Source of the DNA: Candidatus Marinacidobacterales bacterium
Lineage (GTDB): Bacteria; Acidobacteriota; Vicinamibacteria; Marinacidobacterales; DATDRI01
DNA: 64,000 nt
NCBI GenBank assembly: GCA_965219415.1
Contig: OZ244742.1
Location: forward strand, 1,760,001-1,824,000
Direction of reading: 5' to 3'
The notes under the pieces are model-generated. The model did not search any database. It worked only from the letters and a program-made list of their open reading frames with translations, and was not told the DNA's origin. Both the position numbers and the translations under genes were made by a program. This document shows, piece after piece, positions 1 to 10,025 of this stretch; position 1 is the stretch's first letter; each line of letters opens with the position of its first letter.

Positions 1-444
1 GGCGTCCAAGAATCGGAGGTCAAAGCAAGATTCGTGGAGATCAAGAAGGGTGAATCGGGAGGAGTCGATCTGACCCAAGCTCAGATCATCGTATCGGGTG
101 GGCGCGGCCTCGGAGGGCCCGACAAGCTCGACGTCGTTAAGGAGCTCGCCGCAGCCTTGGGCGGTCAGGTGGGTGCCTCGCGTGCCGTGACCGATGCCGG
201 CTGGCTCCCGCACGAGCATCAAATCGGTAGCAGCGGCGTGGTGGTCAACCCCAAGCTTTATATCGCCGCCGGCATCTCGGGTGCGATCCAGCACGTCGTG
301 GGAATGAAAGGCTCGGGTTACATCGTCGCCATTAATAAAGATGCCGACGCCCCCATCTTCGGCGTGGCCGACGTCGGCGTCGTGGGAGATCTTTTCGAGT
401 TCTTGCCCGCCCTCACGAAAGCAGTGAAGGAAGCCAAGGGATAG
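1..444 (+). CDS. etfA: Electron transfer flavoprotein alpha subunit, 3' part (5' end outside window)
   Basis: IIVSGGRGLG, GASRAVTDAGW, QIGSSG..V.PKLYIAAGISGAIQH and AINKD motifs of the ETF alpha FAD domain. Confidence 0.93.
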   Translation, partial: GVQESEVKARFVEIKKGESGGVDLTQAQIIVSGGRGLGGPDKLDVVKELAAALGGQVGASRAVTDAGWLPHEHQIGSSGVVVNPKLYIAAGISGAIQHVVGMKGSGYIVAINKDADAPIFGVADVGVVGDLFEFLPALTKAVKEAKG

Positions 445-501
445 GCGGTTATTCCACCGGGCTCTAAATCGCCCGAATCAGTGCCAGAGGGGGATCGACC
501 T

Positions 502-630
502 TCACCGCGTTGCCAACGTCAACACAACCCGTAGACCCGGCTGGTTGTCCTCGAGAAGGAGCTCGGCCAGCGCCATATAGAGCAGCGCCAGGCGGAAGGC
601 GGAGCTACGAAGCAGCTTCTGTGATTGCAC
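502..630 (-). pseudogene. Collapsed sensor histidine kinase remnant (N- and C-termini joined)
   Basis: Manual translation MQSQKLLRSSAFRLALLYMAL-AELLLEDNQPGLRVVLTLATR*; overlaps the 3' end of the response regulator, where the cognate kinase normally lies. Confidence 0.65.
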
Positions 631-1295
631 GGAGGACATAGCCCGCGCCGCGGACGGTATGGATCAAGGGATAGTCGAAGCCCTTATCGACTTTGCTCCG
701 AAGGCGGCTCACGTGAACGTCGATGACGTTGGTTTGTGGATCGAAGTGGTAGTCCCAGACTTTCTCTAGGAGCATGGTTCGTGTGACGACCTGCCCGGCA
801 TGGTGCATGAGGTGCTCGAGGAGTCGGAACTCCCTCGGCTGCAGCTCGATGGTCTGACTGGCGCGCCGAACTTGTCGGGTCAAGAGATCCATCTCCAAGT
901 CGGCCACTTGAAGCCGAGTCTCCACCGCCTCGGCGTCGCCCCGACGGACTATGGCTTCGAGTCGTGCGAGCAGCTCGGAGAAGGCAAAGGGTTTTGACGA
1001 GGTAGTCGTCGCTTCCCTTGCGAAGTCCCTCGACGCGATCGTCGATTTCACCCAGCGCGCTGAGAATAAGGATGGGAGTTTTCTTCCCCGACGAGCGCAG
1101 TGTCTGAATAACGGAGAGGCCGTCGAGGCCGGGTAACATGCGATCGACAACCAAGACATCAAAGGATTCCTCGAGCGCGAGGAATAAACCTTCTTTTCCA
1201 TCAGGGGCACCCTCGGCCACGTGACCGGCTTCGTTCAGGCCTCGAACGATGTGGTCCCGTGTTTCCTGATCGTCTTCTATCACGAGAACGCGCAT
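605..1295 (-). pseudogene. OmpR-family response regulator, frameshifted near 990
   Basis: Receiver domain (MRVLVIEDD..DRMLPGLDG..DDYLVK) in ORF 684-1295; winged helix (KPFAFSEL..IHTVRGAGY) in ORF 605-1210. Confidence 0.88.
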
Positions 1296-1318
1296 GCTTT
1301 TGGGGGCTGCAACAGCAA

Positions 1319-1353
1319 CCCCTCACCCTACCCTCTCCCCCAAGGGGAGAGGG
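1319..1353. repeat. REP-like palindrome
   Basis: CCCCTCACCCTA-CCCTCTCCCC-CAA-GGGGAGAGGG; related copies near 11506, 25692 and 60612. Confidence 0.6.
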
Positions 1354-1393
1354 ATAAAGGATGAGGAGCCTTGCTCAAGCTTATCTCTTCTGC

Positions 1394-2917
1394 TCAAGCC
1401 AATGGAACAGGCACGAACTGCCGGGCGTTACCTCGCGCTACCTGAAGTAGTACGCTTCCCCGGTCGTCGTCCGACGCTTTCTGGATCTCCTCGACCGCAT
1501 CGGACGGATTGGACACTTCCTTTTGTCCGACCATGGTCACCACATCGCCCTTCCGCAGGCCCATCTTCGCGGCCGGGCTTCCCGGCTTGACGTCGACGAT
1601 GAGCGCACCGTCGATACTCTCGTCCACACGATAGCGCTGGCGTGTTTGAGGCGCCAGCTCGGCGAAGGACAGGCCCAGAGGTGCCCGCATATCTGACTGA
1701 GACCCACCTCGAGCCACGACCGCTGTTTCCTCAGGACTTCTGCCCAAGTCCACATCCAACGTCTCGCGATCGCCGGAGCGCCACACGTCGATGGTGGATT
1801 TTTCCTCGGGGCTCGCTTCCGCGACCTTACGGGTGAGATCCTTGATGTGCTCGATGTCTTCACCGTTGAAGCCCAGGATGACGTCACCGGCGCGAAGCCC
1901 TGCTTTTTCGGCTGGGCTGCCGGCCACCACGCTGGCTACCAGAGCACCCTGTGATTCGTCGAGCCCGAGTCCTTCCGCGATCTCTTCGGTCACGGCCTGA
2001 ATCTGAACGCCAAGCCAAGCCCGCTCCACGCGACCCGACTTCTTGAGCTGCTCGATGATGGGCGTCGCTTGCTTGGCTGGAATCGCAAAGCCGATGCCCA
2101 CGTTGCCGCCGTTCGGCGAGTAGATGGCGGTGTTGACGCCGATCACACGGCCCGAAAGATCGAAGAGCGGTCCACCGGAGTTACCCTGATTGATGGGTGC
2201 GTCGATCTGGAGAAAATCATCGAAGGGACCCGACTGAATGTCTCGGCCGCGGGCAGAAACGATACCCGTGGTGGCGGTGCCACCGAGCCCAAAAGGATTG
2301 CCGATGGCCACCACCCAATCACCGATACGAGTGGAATCGGAATCCCCGAAACGAGCAAAAGGAAGCGGCTCGGCAGCATCGATCTTGAGTACTGCAAGAT
2401 CGGTCTTGGCATCGCTGCCTACTAGTTCCGCATCGTAGCGCTCACCATCATTCAAGATGACCTGAATCTTCTCCGCCCGATCGATGACGTGATGATTCGT
2501 CACTACGTATCCATCCTCATCTACGATGAAACCCGAGCCCATGCCGCGGATGGGAGCCGCGCTGCCCTGAGATTTCTGGAACGACTGCCGCTCGAAGAAA
2601 CGTCGCAAGAACTCTTCGAACGGCATGTTGGGTGGTACAGGATTTCCCGGAGCGGGTCCAGCGAAAGGGTGGTTCGTCATAGTGCTGGTGACCGAGATGT
2701 TGACGACGGCCGGCTTCACGGCTTCGATGACATCTGCGAAGCTCGCCGGAGCGCCCGTGGGTGGCAGGACCTTTTGATCGACCGGGGCGCCAGCGCTCGC
2801 CTCGGGGAGCTGTCCCCATTGCCAAATTCCAATGGCGGCCGACAGAGCCAGCGCGCCGATAGCCATTCTCAAGAATCGCCCGGATCTCCCGTCGACCCTG
2901 TTTCCCGTAACAGTCAT
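1394..2917 (-). CDS. Do/DegQ (HtrA) family periplasmic serine protease with two PDZ domains
   Basis: GSGFIV, VTNHHV, TDLAVLKI, DAPINQGNSGGPL; two PDZ domains; N-terminal signal/TM segment. Confidence 0.93.
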   Translation of the reverse strand: MTVTGNRVDGRSGRFLRMAIGALALSAAIGIWQWGQLPEASAGAPVDQKVLPPTGAPASFADVIEAVKPAVVNISVTSTMTNHPFAGPAPGNPVPPNMPFEEFLRRFFERQSFQKSQGSAAPIRGMGSGFIVDEDGYVVTNHHVIDRAEKIQVILNDGERYDAELVGSDAKTDLAVLKIDAAEPLPFARFGDSDSTRIGDWVVAIGNPFGLGGTATTGIVSARGRDIQSGPFDDFLQIDAPINQGNSGGPLFDLSGRVIGVNTAIYSPNGGNVGIGFAIPAKQATPIIEQLKKSGRVERAWLGVQIQAVTEEIAEGLGLDESQGALVASVVAGSPAEKAGLRAGDVILGFNGEDIEHIKDLTRKVAEASPEEKSTIDVWRSGDRETLDVDLGRSPEETAVVARGGSQSDMRAPLGLSFAELAPQTRQRYRVDESIDGALIVDVKPGSPAAKMGLRKGDVVTMVGQKEVSNPSDAVEEIQKASDDDRGSVLLQVARGNARQFVPVPLA

Positions 2918-3047
2918 TCTGACCTCCTAATGTTTTGTGATGGGTGCGCCCCGAGAGGCGCACCCAAGGTCGACTTTGTTGACCGTCCTCTTGCTGTAAT
3001 CGACCTGAGCCAGAGTAGAGAAAGTCGTATTACGAGCCTCTTTCCGC

Positions 3048-3069
3048 AACATGAACTTTTTGTCATGTT
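3048..3069. promoter_or_regulatory. Inverted-repeat operator candidate upstream of the degQ/response-regulator unit
   Basis: AACATGA-N8-TCATGTT; the minus strand reads ATGACAAAAAGTTCAT, resembling CusR/CopR-type boxes. Confidence 0.35.
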
Positions 3070-3138
3070 CGGTAAGGCGAGACTTGAGGGGGGTTACTCG
3101 CTGCCTATGGGCTTGATCCGGTTTCGTAGACGGTTTAG

Positions 3139-4005
3139 TTAAGCTGGCGAAGTCCTCATCCGTCGTTCAAACTCGGCCGGACTGACCTGGCCGAGGGTCG
3201 AGTGTCGTCGTCTCTGGTTGTAGAATACCTCGATGAAGTCGAAGAGGGCCATCTTGGCCTCGCCGCAACTGAGGAAATGCTCCCCAAGCTCGTGCTTGAC
3301 CGTGGAGAACCAGCTCTCGATGACGGCGTTGTCGTAGCAGTTGCCCCGTCGGCTCATGCTCCCGGTCATGCCATGCGTCTCAAGGAGACGTTGGTAGTCT
3401 TTGCTGGCATACGGACTGCCCTGATCGGAGTGATGCAAGAGCCCCGCGGCCGGTTGGCGACGTTTCAGTGCCATCCGCAACGCCTTGATAACCAGGTGAC
3501 GGTCGTTAATAGCACTTACGGCCCACCCAACGAGGAATCGCGAGTAGAGGTCGAGGAGCGCCGCGAGATAAAGCTTCCCGCCGCTGCCGATCACGAACTC
3601 GGTCGTGTCCCCGACCCACCGTTGGTTCGGCGCATCGGCGACGAAGTCTTGCCCGAGCACATTGGCCGCGACGGGCTGGCCATGACCGCTTACCGTCGTG
3701 CGCTTGAAGCGTTTGCGTACTCGAGCAATGAGGCCTTCTGCCTGTTTCAACCGAATCACCCGCTTCCGACTCACTCGATACCCCTGCTCGTGCAGGTCGT
3801 GATAAATCCGCGGACTCCCATAGGTGCGGCGACTCGCCTCATGGGAGGCACGAATCAACACGCGCAACTGGCGGTCCCGGCGCGCGTGGGCCGACGGCGG
3901 CCGACGTACCCAGGCATAAAAGCCACTCCGAGAGACGTTGAGAATCTGACACAGGTGAACGACCGGTACGGTGGCCTTCTCCGCCTGGATGAACGCGAAT
4001 CTTAC
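3139..4005 (-). CDS. IS3 transposase OrfB (DDE integrase core)
   Basis: WVGDTT, LHHSDQGSPY, GNCYDNAVIESWF, FYNQRRRHSTLG; A7G slippery site at 4034-4041. Confidence 0.9.
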   Translation of the reverse strand, partial: VRFAFIQAEKATVPVVHLCQILNVSRSGFYAWVRRPPSAHARRDRQLRVLIRASHEASRRTYGSPRIYHDLHEQGYRVSRKRVIRLKQAEGLIARVRKRFKRTTVSGHGQPVAANVLGQDFVADAPNQRWVGDTTEFVIGSGGKLYLAALLDLYSRFLVGWAVSAINDRHLVIKALRMALKRRQPAAGLLHHSDQGSPYASKDYQRLLETHGMTGSMSRRGNCYDNAVIESWFSTVKHELGEHFLSCGEAKMALFDFIEVFYNQRRRHSTLGQVSPAEFERRMRTSPA

Positions 4006-4319
4006 TCGCTCTCCTTCGCGAAGAAGGCCGCGGCTTTTTTTAAAACGTCGCGCTCCACCCGCAACCGCCGATTCTCTTTGCGGAGCCGCCGAAGCTCCTC
4101 GCGTTCCACGCCCGTCAAGCCCGTCCGGCCCTTCGTCCGATCGGCCCGGGCCTGACGGACCCAGTTGCGAAACGCCGATTCGGTGAGGTCAAGCTCCCGG
4201 GCCACCCGACCCACGCTCTGGCCCTCATCAAGCACCAGCCGGACCGCGCCTGCCTTAAACTCGTCATCAAACTCCCGGCGGGGTCGCCGGGGCTGCGTTG
4301 TCTTTGCCATTGTGGACAT
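4002..4319 (-). CDS. IS3 transposase OrfA (HTH)
   Basis: RREFDDEFKAGAVRLV..VARELDL..LRRLRKENRRLRVERDVLKKAAAFFAKE. Confidence 0.9.
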   Translation of the reverse strand: MSTMAKTTQPRRPRREFDDEFKAGAVRLVLDEGQSVGRVARELDLTESAFRNWVRQARADRTKGRTGLTGVEREELRRLRKENRRLRVERDVLKKAAAFFAKESE

Positions 4320-4367
4320 CGTATCCGCCTTTCAGAAAGTGTCCACGAAACTGGATCAAGCCCACTA

Positions 4368-5575
4368 TCCCCTCAGGTACGGCCGAGAGAGCTTGCGCCG
4401 GGACGAGAACCGGCGGGGGCTCACCTACGGTCAGAGGAAATCGTGCAGAAGTACCGCTCGCTAACCTGCTGTAACTTTTCGACCCAGATTCGGCTTTGGT
4501 ACACGTTTGCCAAACTTGGTCACTAACTCGGTTGCGCTGCAGTACCTTCTCCATCAGCGCCGGTCGGCGCCACTCGAGCTCAGCCGGCGCCCGCCCCTTC
4601 AATCCAATCGTTGCCGCGTGGATCATGCGGTGGTGAAAAACGCAGACTGAGATCAGATTCGGGGGGGAGTTGCTTTCGGCTCGGCTCTTTCGCCCGCTGC
4701 GGCTCCGGAACCTAATGTGATGCACGTGTAGCTGCGCGCGGGCAGCACAGTCGGGATATTGGCACCGATAGTCGTCCCTCTCTAGCACGCCGCTCCAAGT
4801 CCTCCCGTAGTCCTGGACGATCCGCCAAGGAAGCTCATCGCCGTCGGGGCAGATGCGCTGCTCGACAAACTCAGCCGGCGCGCTCTCTTCGTCCGAAAGA
4901 GTCGGCTGCTCGGCGCAGTCGTCGACGCTGTCACTCTCCGCCCGCTCCGGCCCTAAGTGCGCATACGTCGCAATAAACTCCGCCGACATAAACTCGAGGC
5001 AGCGTCCGATATCGAGATCCTCACCCGCTACGCGACGGCAAAGCTCGACGGCATAGTCGAACACCGGCGGCTTGATCTTGCGTCAACCACGCCCGGACCT
5101 TCACACCCGCGGCGTCCCGCTCTCCCTCGATCTTCCGATCGAGCTCGCGGACGGAAAGGGAGAGCGCCGAGTCGAGCCACGTCGCTTCGTCCTCGCTCGT
5201 GGCAACCCGGGCGACTCGGCTCGCTTTGGTCCAACCGAGCCGACCTTCTTCCAATGCCTTTCTCAGCTGCGGAAGGTCGCGAAGCTTTTGGCCCAGTTGG
5301 AGAAGGTAACGGGTCTTGCGCGGGGAGAAACGGAAGCGCTCCTCCGCATAGTAATAAATGTCGATGAAACCGAATTTCTCGTAGCCCCGTCGATCGCGTA
5401 TCGCCACGAGGTATTCGCAAATAAGCCTTTCCGATCCCTCATGCACTCGCACGATCTGTTCGAGATTGAGATCGAGCTCTTCGATGGAAAGTTCGAGGTC
5501 GGGCGAACCAACCTCCGTTACCTCTTGCGTCAAAGTCGCGGTCAAATTTGCGGTCATGAGGCACACCTCCAGCAC
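4368..5575 (-). pseudogene. DUF222-like/HNH endonuclease protein, frameshifted near 5064
   Basis: N-terminal part LPQLRKALEEGRLGWTKA; C-terminal part VLERDDYRCQYPDC..LHVHHIRFRS..NLISVCVFHHRMIH. Confidence 0.75.
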
Positions 5576-5630
5576 TTGGTTTGTAGGCTTTATCCAACCG
5601 TCCGGCGGTGAGAGGGACTAGCTTGGCTAT

Positions 5631-5659
5631 AAGTTAGATGAAAGTGTTACGTTTGTCAA
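5631..5659 (-). promoter_or_regulatory. Sigma70-type promoter upstream of the HNH gene
   Basis: TTGACA-17 nt-TAACTT on the minus strand in an AT-rich leader. Confidence 0.5.
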
Positions 5660-5850
5660 GTTTTCGTCCCTCGTAAGGCTATATTTATCAGTGGGTTAAG
5701 AGAAATTTTTCCCCTGCCGTGCGCGATTATAGGGCCGCATCTCATTGAAAAATAGAGGTTTGTCGCGGAGGTTTCCGGGCGTCTAACTTTTTTTCGGTCT
5801 GGAATATCGGCCCTAGATTACGCTAAATAGGCGCGCTACCTGGGTCCGCC

Positions 5851-5958
5851 CTACCAGCGTGGCACGAGCTCCATGAGTGCCTGCTCCGCGTCGGTCAGGG
5901 GCGACGGGGCCTGAGCCGCGACGGAAGCGCCGAAGATCCAGAGCAGGGCCGCTAGCAT
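5851..5958 (-). pseudogene. N-terminal remnant of a secreted protein (possibly NTF2/DUF4440-like)
   Basis: Manual translation MLAALLWIFGASVAAQAPSPLTDAEQALMELVPRW*: signal peptide followed by an early stop. Confidence 0.3.
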
Positions 5959-5983
5959 CGAGCGTCCATCCGTTGGCTTGAAG

Positions 5984-6664
5984 TCACTTTTGTGAGCGAA
6001 CGATCTTGACCAGCAAGGGGAAAACAGCAGCGAGAAAGGCTACCAAACTAATGGGCGGTAGACCGCCCGGCCAGCCGGCCGGGGCGAGCCATCCGGGGAG
6101 CCCCAGGACGATCAAATGGACGGCGACGAGGGCAAGCGTCACATAGCCCATGCGCTGGGTCCGTTTCCAGCGGAAGCCGCCGATACTCTTGGCCATCGTG
6201 GGCAGCGTGGTGATCCCTGGCACGGCGAGCGCCCAAAGAGCCACCACACCCACGGCGATTGCGAGCTCACCCTGGAGGGTTAGTTTGCCGCCTTCCGCGA
6301 AGTAGGCGGGGTAGTAGTGGGGTGTCCGGAGGCCGAGCGACATGAGACCGTGTATAGCTCCAAGGGACAGGCCCATTAACCCGCAGAACTTGATGACGAT
6401 GAGTCGGATTCGGGGGTCGTCGTTGTGCCACCGCAGCACGTACCCCACCAAGTACGAGCAGGCCACGAAGAACACCGCCGCAAGAGACACCGCCTTGTTG
6501 AGGATAAATAGCGGGAAGTGGGACCACTCCACGCTCCCAATGATGTGGTAACGGACTACCGCGTAGGCGAGGGCCGCGCCGAAGAGCACGGCGAACCATC
6601 GAGCCGTGACCGGTTGCAGTAAGCGGCTCTGCTTCGAGAGCTCGCTTGCAGTAGAAGGGCTCAT
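5984..6664 (-). CDS. Ferric reductase-like (STEAP/MsrQ-type) transmembrane protein
   Basis: About six TM helices; INKA-like LNKA, conserved His (AIHG, AVHL), ITTLP, W.RTQRMGY. Confidence 0.7.
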   Translation of the reverse strand: MSPSTASELSKQSRLLQPVTARWFAVLFGAALAYAVVRYHIIGSVEWSHFPLFILNKAVSLAAVFFVACSYLVGYVLRWHNDDPRIRLIVIKFCGLMGLSLGAIHGLMSLGLRTPHYYPAYFAEGGKLTLQGELAIAVGVVALWALAVPGITTLPTMAKSIGGFRWKRTQRMGYVTLALVAVHLIVLGLPGWLAPAGWPGGLPPISLVAFLAAVFPLLVKIVRSQK

Positions 6665-7384
6665 TCAGTTGCCCCCCCGCCAGGACAACGTGCTGCCAAA
6701 CCAATATCGGAACACGATGGCGTGTTGTGGCGCCCATTCGCCGGCGCGATTTTTCGTGTATTGGAACTGATAGGCGAGACGAATCTGCTGCTCTCGCCTG
6801 AGGTTCCATAGGAAACCTTACCCGCGTCCGGGTGCGAAAGAAACCCCGCGCATGATCGAAGAAAAGATCCGTTTGCCCCCACGGCTCGTTTCGGATCCCG
6901 TCCCCGCGCACCTCTAACCTCGTCCGGTAGACGTTGAAGTCGTCGATCGCGTCTCCGCGGAAATGGCGCTCGTAGAACACGCCGCCCCTGAAGCGGATGT
7001 CGTCGTTCCAGAAACGAAGGAGCGTCTTTCGGAGGGGCATCTGAATCCGATGGGAATGTGGTCCGGCTGGCGGCACCACGGCCGCGCGGACGCGTCCAGC
7101 CCGTCTCCTCTTTGATCCCGCAAAGCTCGTACGAGACCTTCCTGACCGTTCTCGACGAGTTGCGCGAACAGTGCCTCACGTTCTTCCTCTGTGCTCCATC
7201 GGGTGATGTTGATCTGGAGTGTCATGGTCGTTCCCGACGGAATGATGGGCGGGTTTGTCACTCCCATCGCGACCGCCCACGCCTCGAACGTTTCCAGAAA
7301 CTCCTCTTCCTCGCCGGCAAAGGCGAAGTTGGAAGATGCCAAGAGTAGAGCTACGGCAGTTCCAAGACTCAATTGTTTCAACAT
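6661..7384 (-). pseudogene. Secreted hypothetical protein, multiply frameshifted
   Basis: Signal peptide plus INITRWSTEEER; coding potential continues in other frames to about 6661. Confidence 0.5.
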
Positions 7385-7443
7385 TGTTCTTCCCTCCTTA
7401 GGTTATTAGAGTTAAAACCACGGCTTCACTTCCTAAAACAAGG

Positions 7444-9364
7444 CTAGGGCGTGTACCAGATCGGCGACGTGTAGGCACGATCTTGAATCGTCGCCGGCAC
7501 GTTGTCCGGGAGACCGATCCCGAAAAACGCGGCATCGTATGTGGTCCAACGCGGGGTCGGGGTCTCGAGCACCCGCACGTAGTAGAAAGCCGACTCGTCT
7601 GGATCGAAATCCGGGTCGACCCAGTGGGCCGACATGACCGCGTCGCCGATGGTGTTGGTAAAGGTGGCGGTGGTGATATCCACCGTGTTGCCGACGGGCT
7701 GCCGGGCGCGTCCGTCCGCGCCGACCTTCCGGCCGTCGGAAACGGCGACGTCGTAGATGCGCTCGTGCGTCTCTCCATCTGAATCCAACCACCCCTTGAT
7801 GATTTGAATCCGATCTAGATTGGCGCCATCCGGATCCCGAAGCGCCCGGATCTTCAAGGTCGGCGCCTTACCAGCCGGTGCCTTCCTCAGGTCACCACCC
7901 ATCGGCACGCCACGCCGATAACCCTGAGAGACGAAATCGGGTCGCGACACCTCGTCCGCCTCGAAATCCCACCCGGCGAAGACACGCACCCGGATCCGCG
8001 TGCCGGTTGTCGCGTAGACTTCCTTCCGCTTCAACGCCCCGAAGATCGCTTCGCGGGTGTTTTCGCGCGCCCACACCGCGGTCAGCCCAGAGGCCACTTC
8101 CTGAGAGGTCATGATTCTCAGGGCTGGGTCGTCTGCAGGAATGACTTCGTGGTTATGCCGGTTCGGCGACGGCTCGGTCTTGGCGTACTTTGCCGAAGTA
8201 GTTCTCTTCCCGGGTAGTAGAGAGAGCAGTGTGGGTGTCGGAAGCGCCGGTCAGTCCGAACTTGTACGGATTGGCACCGAGCTCGTTGCCAAGCTTGAGA
8301 CCCAACTTGAGCGCGGAGCGGCCATACTCGTACTGCAGCATCCAGTCTTCCTTGGGCGTCGATCCGTCGATGTTCGCGACATCCCAGTTCTCGAAGCCCG
8401 CGAACTCATCCTCGCTGGACAAGAGCGGGTGCGTCTCCCCGTCGCCCTTGATTTGCGTCACCTCGATGATGGGTTCCCAGCGCATCCTTGTTTCCGTGTA
8501 CGCGCGGGTCAGGCGGTCACCCGAGAAACCCTTGTCGGAAAACATGATGCCGTTGCTGAGGTTGCCGTTGTGGGGGATGGCGATGGCGCCACCTCCGGTA
8601 GCGGTCTCGTAGTTCTGCAGGTATCTCCAGAGATCCTGGGGATCCTCGCTGTCGAACGCCCCGAAGGGCAGGGTTTGGCTCGTTTTGTCGGCGCCGTCCC
8701 GGAAGACGACGACGCGATGGAGGTTGTTCCCGCCAGGCATCGTGCTCCACTCAAAACCAGTCATGGTGGTGAAGCTGCCGGGCTCGTCGTACGCATCGGC
8801 AGTCTTGACGAACTCGCGCCAGATGCTGGAGACCATTTCCGACTGCCCGAGTCGGTTGTTTCCGGTTGTTGCGTCGTTGATGATTGACGCGAAGGCCTTC
8901 ACGGCGCCTTCGGGGCCCGCGGAGAAGTTCTCGTAGAGGAACTTGCCGTACGGATCCGACAGCAGGATCGGATTCGCGTCCCGGATCATCGGCGCGAGCC
9001 CGATGTACTCGGCGTGGTCGGTGACCACGAGGAAATCGAGCGGCCGGATCAGCTGCACCCGCTGGCCGGTGTTCGAAACGACCGTCTCGCCACGTGCGAA
9101 TCGATAGGCATCATGTACATCCAGCTTGGTCCCGATAAGGCCCGCATCGGGCGAGAGATTCGTATGGACGTGCGTGTCGCCGAAGAGAACCTGGTCCGGA
9201 TAGGCTCGGCCGGCGTACGGCGAGTAGACCTCTTCCTGACCCACATCCTCCTCGGTGAGTCGAAAGGTCTCGGGCTCCTGAGCGCACAGAAAACCGGGAT
9301 CCACTAGAAGACCGAAGACGGCCAGCGCGAAGAACGAACCGACAATCATAGTGACGTTTTTCAC
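7444..9364 (-). pseudogene. DUF3604 (PHP-like metallohydrolase) protein, frameshifted near 8190
   Basis: FGDTHVHT, LDFLVVTDHAE, NLHRVV, IPHNGNLSNG, SDTHT; C-terminal RAYTSPIWYTP in the second ORF. Confidence 0.85.
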
Positions 9365-9565
9365 AACATGTGTTCCTCTACTCGTACTCTGCGATGGGTT
9401 TGAAGAAAAAATGGGGCCTCTGACCGCGCGGTTGCATTCCGCATGGCAAACTCCGTTGGCGATGTAGTCGTCAACGCTGTGGACGCAAGGTGAGCAGCCT
9501 AATGGCGGGACATGACCTGAGTCAAATGAGAGTAAGAGAGTTCTGGTAGCTGATGAGCCGAAGCG

Positions 9566-10024
9566 CTAGTCTCGAACCGACGACCAGTGCTTCACTGACG
9601 TCACTTCGATGCGGATAATCAGGCGGCGGCCGATAGCCATAGAACGGTACTGGGGGTACTTCCCGCGCAAGAGGTCGACCGCCTTCGAGTGCTCGTTCGC
9701 AAAGCGACCGCCGGGCTCGATGGCCTCGGCCAACCCCCGCACCAGAACGTAGCCCAGCTGTGACCAGTCTTCCGAGTAGTCGTCGATGACAAGCGAAACA
9801 CGTGGATTCGCTTCGATGTTCCGGAGACGCTTGAGACGCCCCCAAGAGATGGACTTGGGTTTTTCGTCGATGGCGGAATAGAAGCGCTTGCCTTCGAAGA
9901 CGTAGCAAATAGGGATGACCGCCGGTTGACCCTTGGCATCGACGGTGGCGAGCCGGGCGACGCGATGGGAGTGGATGAATTTTCGCGTGCGCTCGTCGAT
10001 CTGCAGCGCGGCCTCTATGGTCAA
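9566..10024 (-). CDS. PPOX-class (putatively F420-dependent) oxidoreductase
   Basis: RVARLATVD..P..IPICY..YSAIDEKPKS..LKRLRNIEANPRVSLVIDDYSEDWSQL; probable TTG start at 10024. Confidence 0.8.
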   Translation of the reverse strand: MTIEAALQIDERTRKFIHSHRVARLATVDAKGQPAVIPICYVFEGKRFYSAIDEKPKSISWGRLKRLRNIEANPRVSLVIDDYSEDWSQLGYVLVRGLAEAIEPGGRFANEHSKAVDLLRGKYPQYRSMAIGRRLIIRIEVTSVKHWSSVRD

Positions 10025-10025
10025 G

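Larger units (their letters stand above)
3108..4364 (-). mobile_element. IS3-family insertion sequence, apparently complete
   Basis: Inverted repeats TGGGCTTGATCCGGTTTCGTAGAC (3108) and GTCCACGAAACTGGATCAAGCCCA (ends 4364); 3-bp TSD CTA on both sides; orfA and orfB present. Confidence 0.93.

Noticed and set aside
3202-4155. Long antisense ORFs (e.g. 3202-4155, 35414-36337, 44894-45742, 49099-49980, 60832-61716)
   Set aside because: Shadow frames opposite well-supported genes in GC-rich DNA, with no motifs
4368-5575. IscB/HEARO-type RNA-guided nuclease
   Set aside because: No PLMP or split RuvC motifs; the architecture fits DUF222-like/HNH
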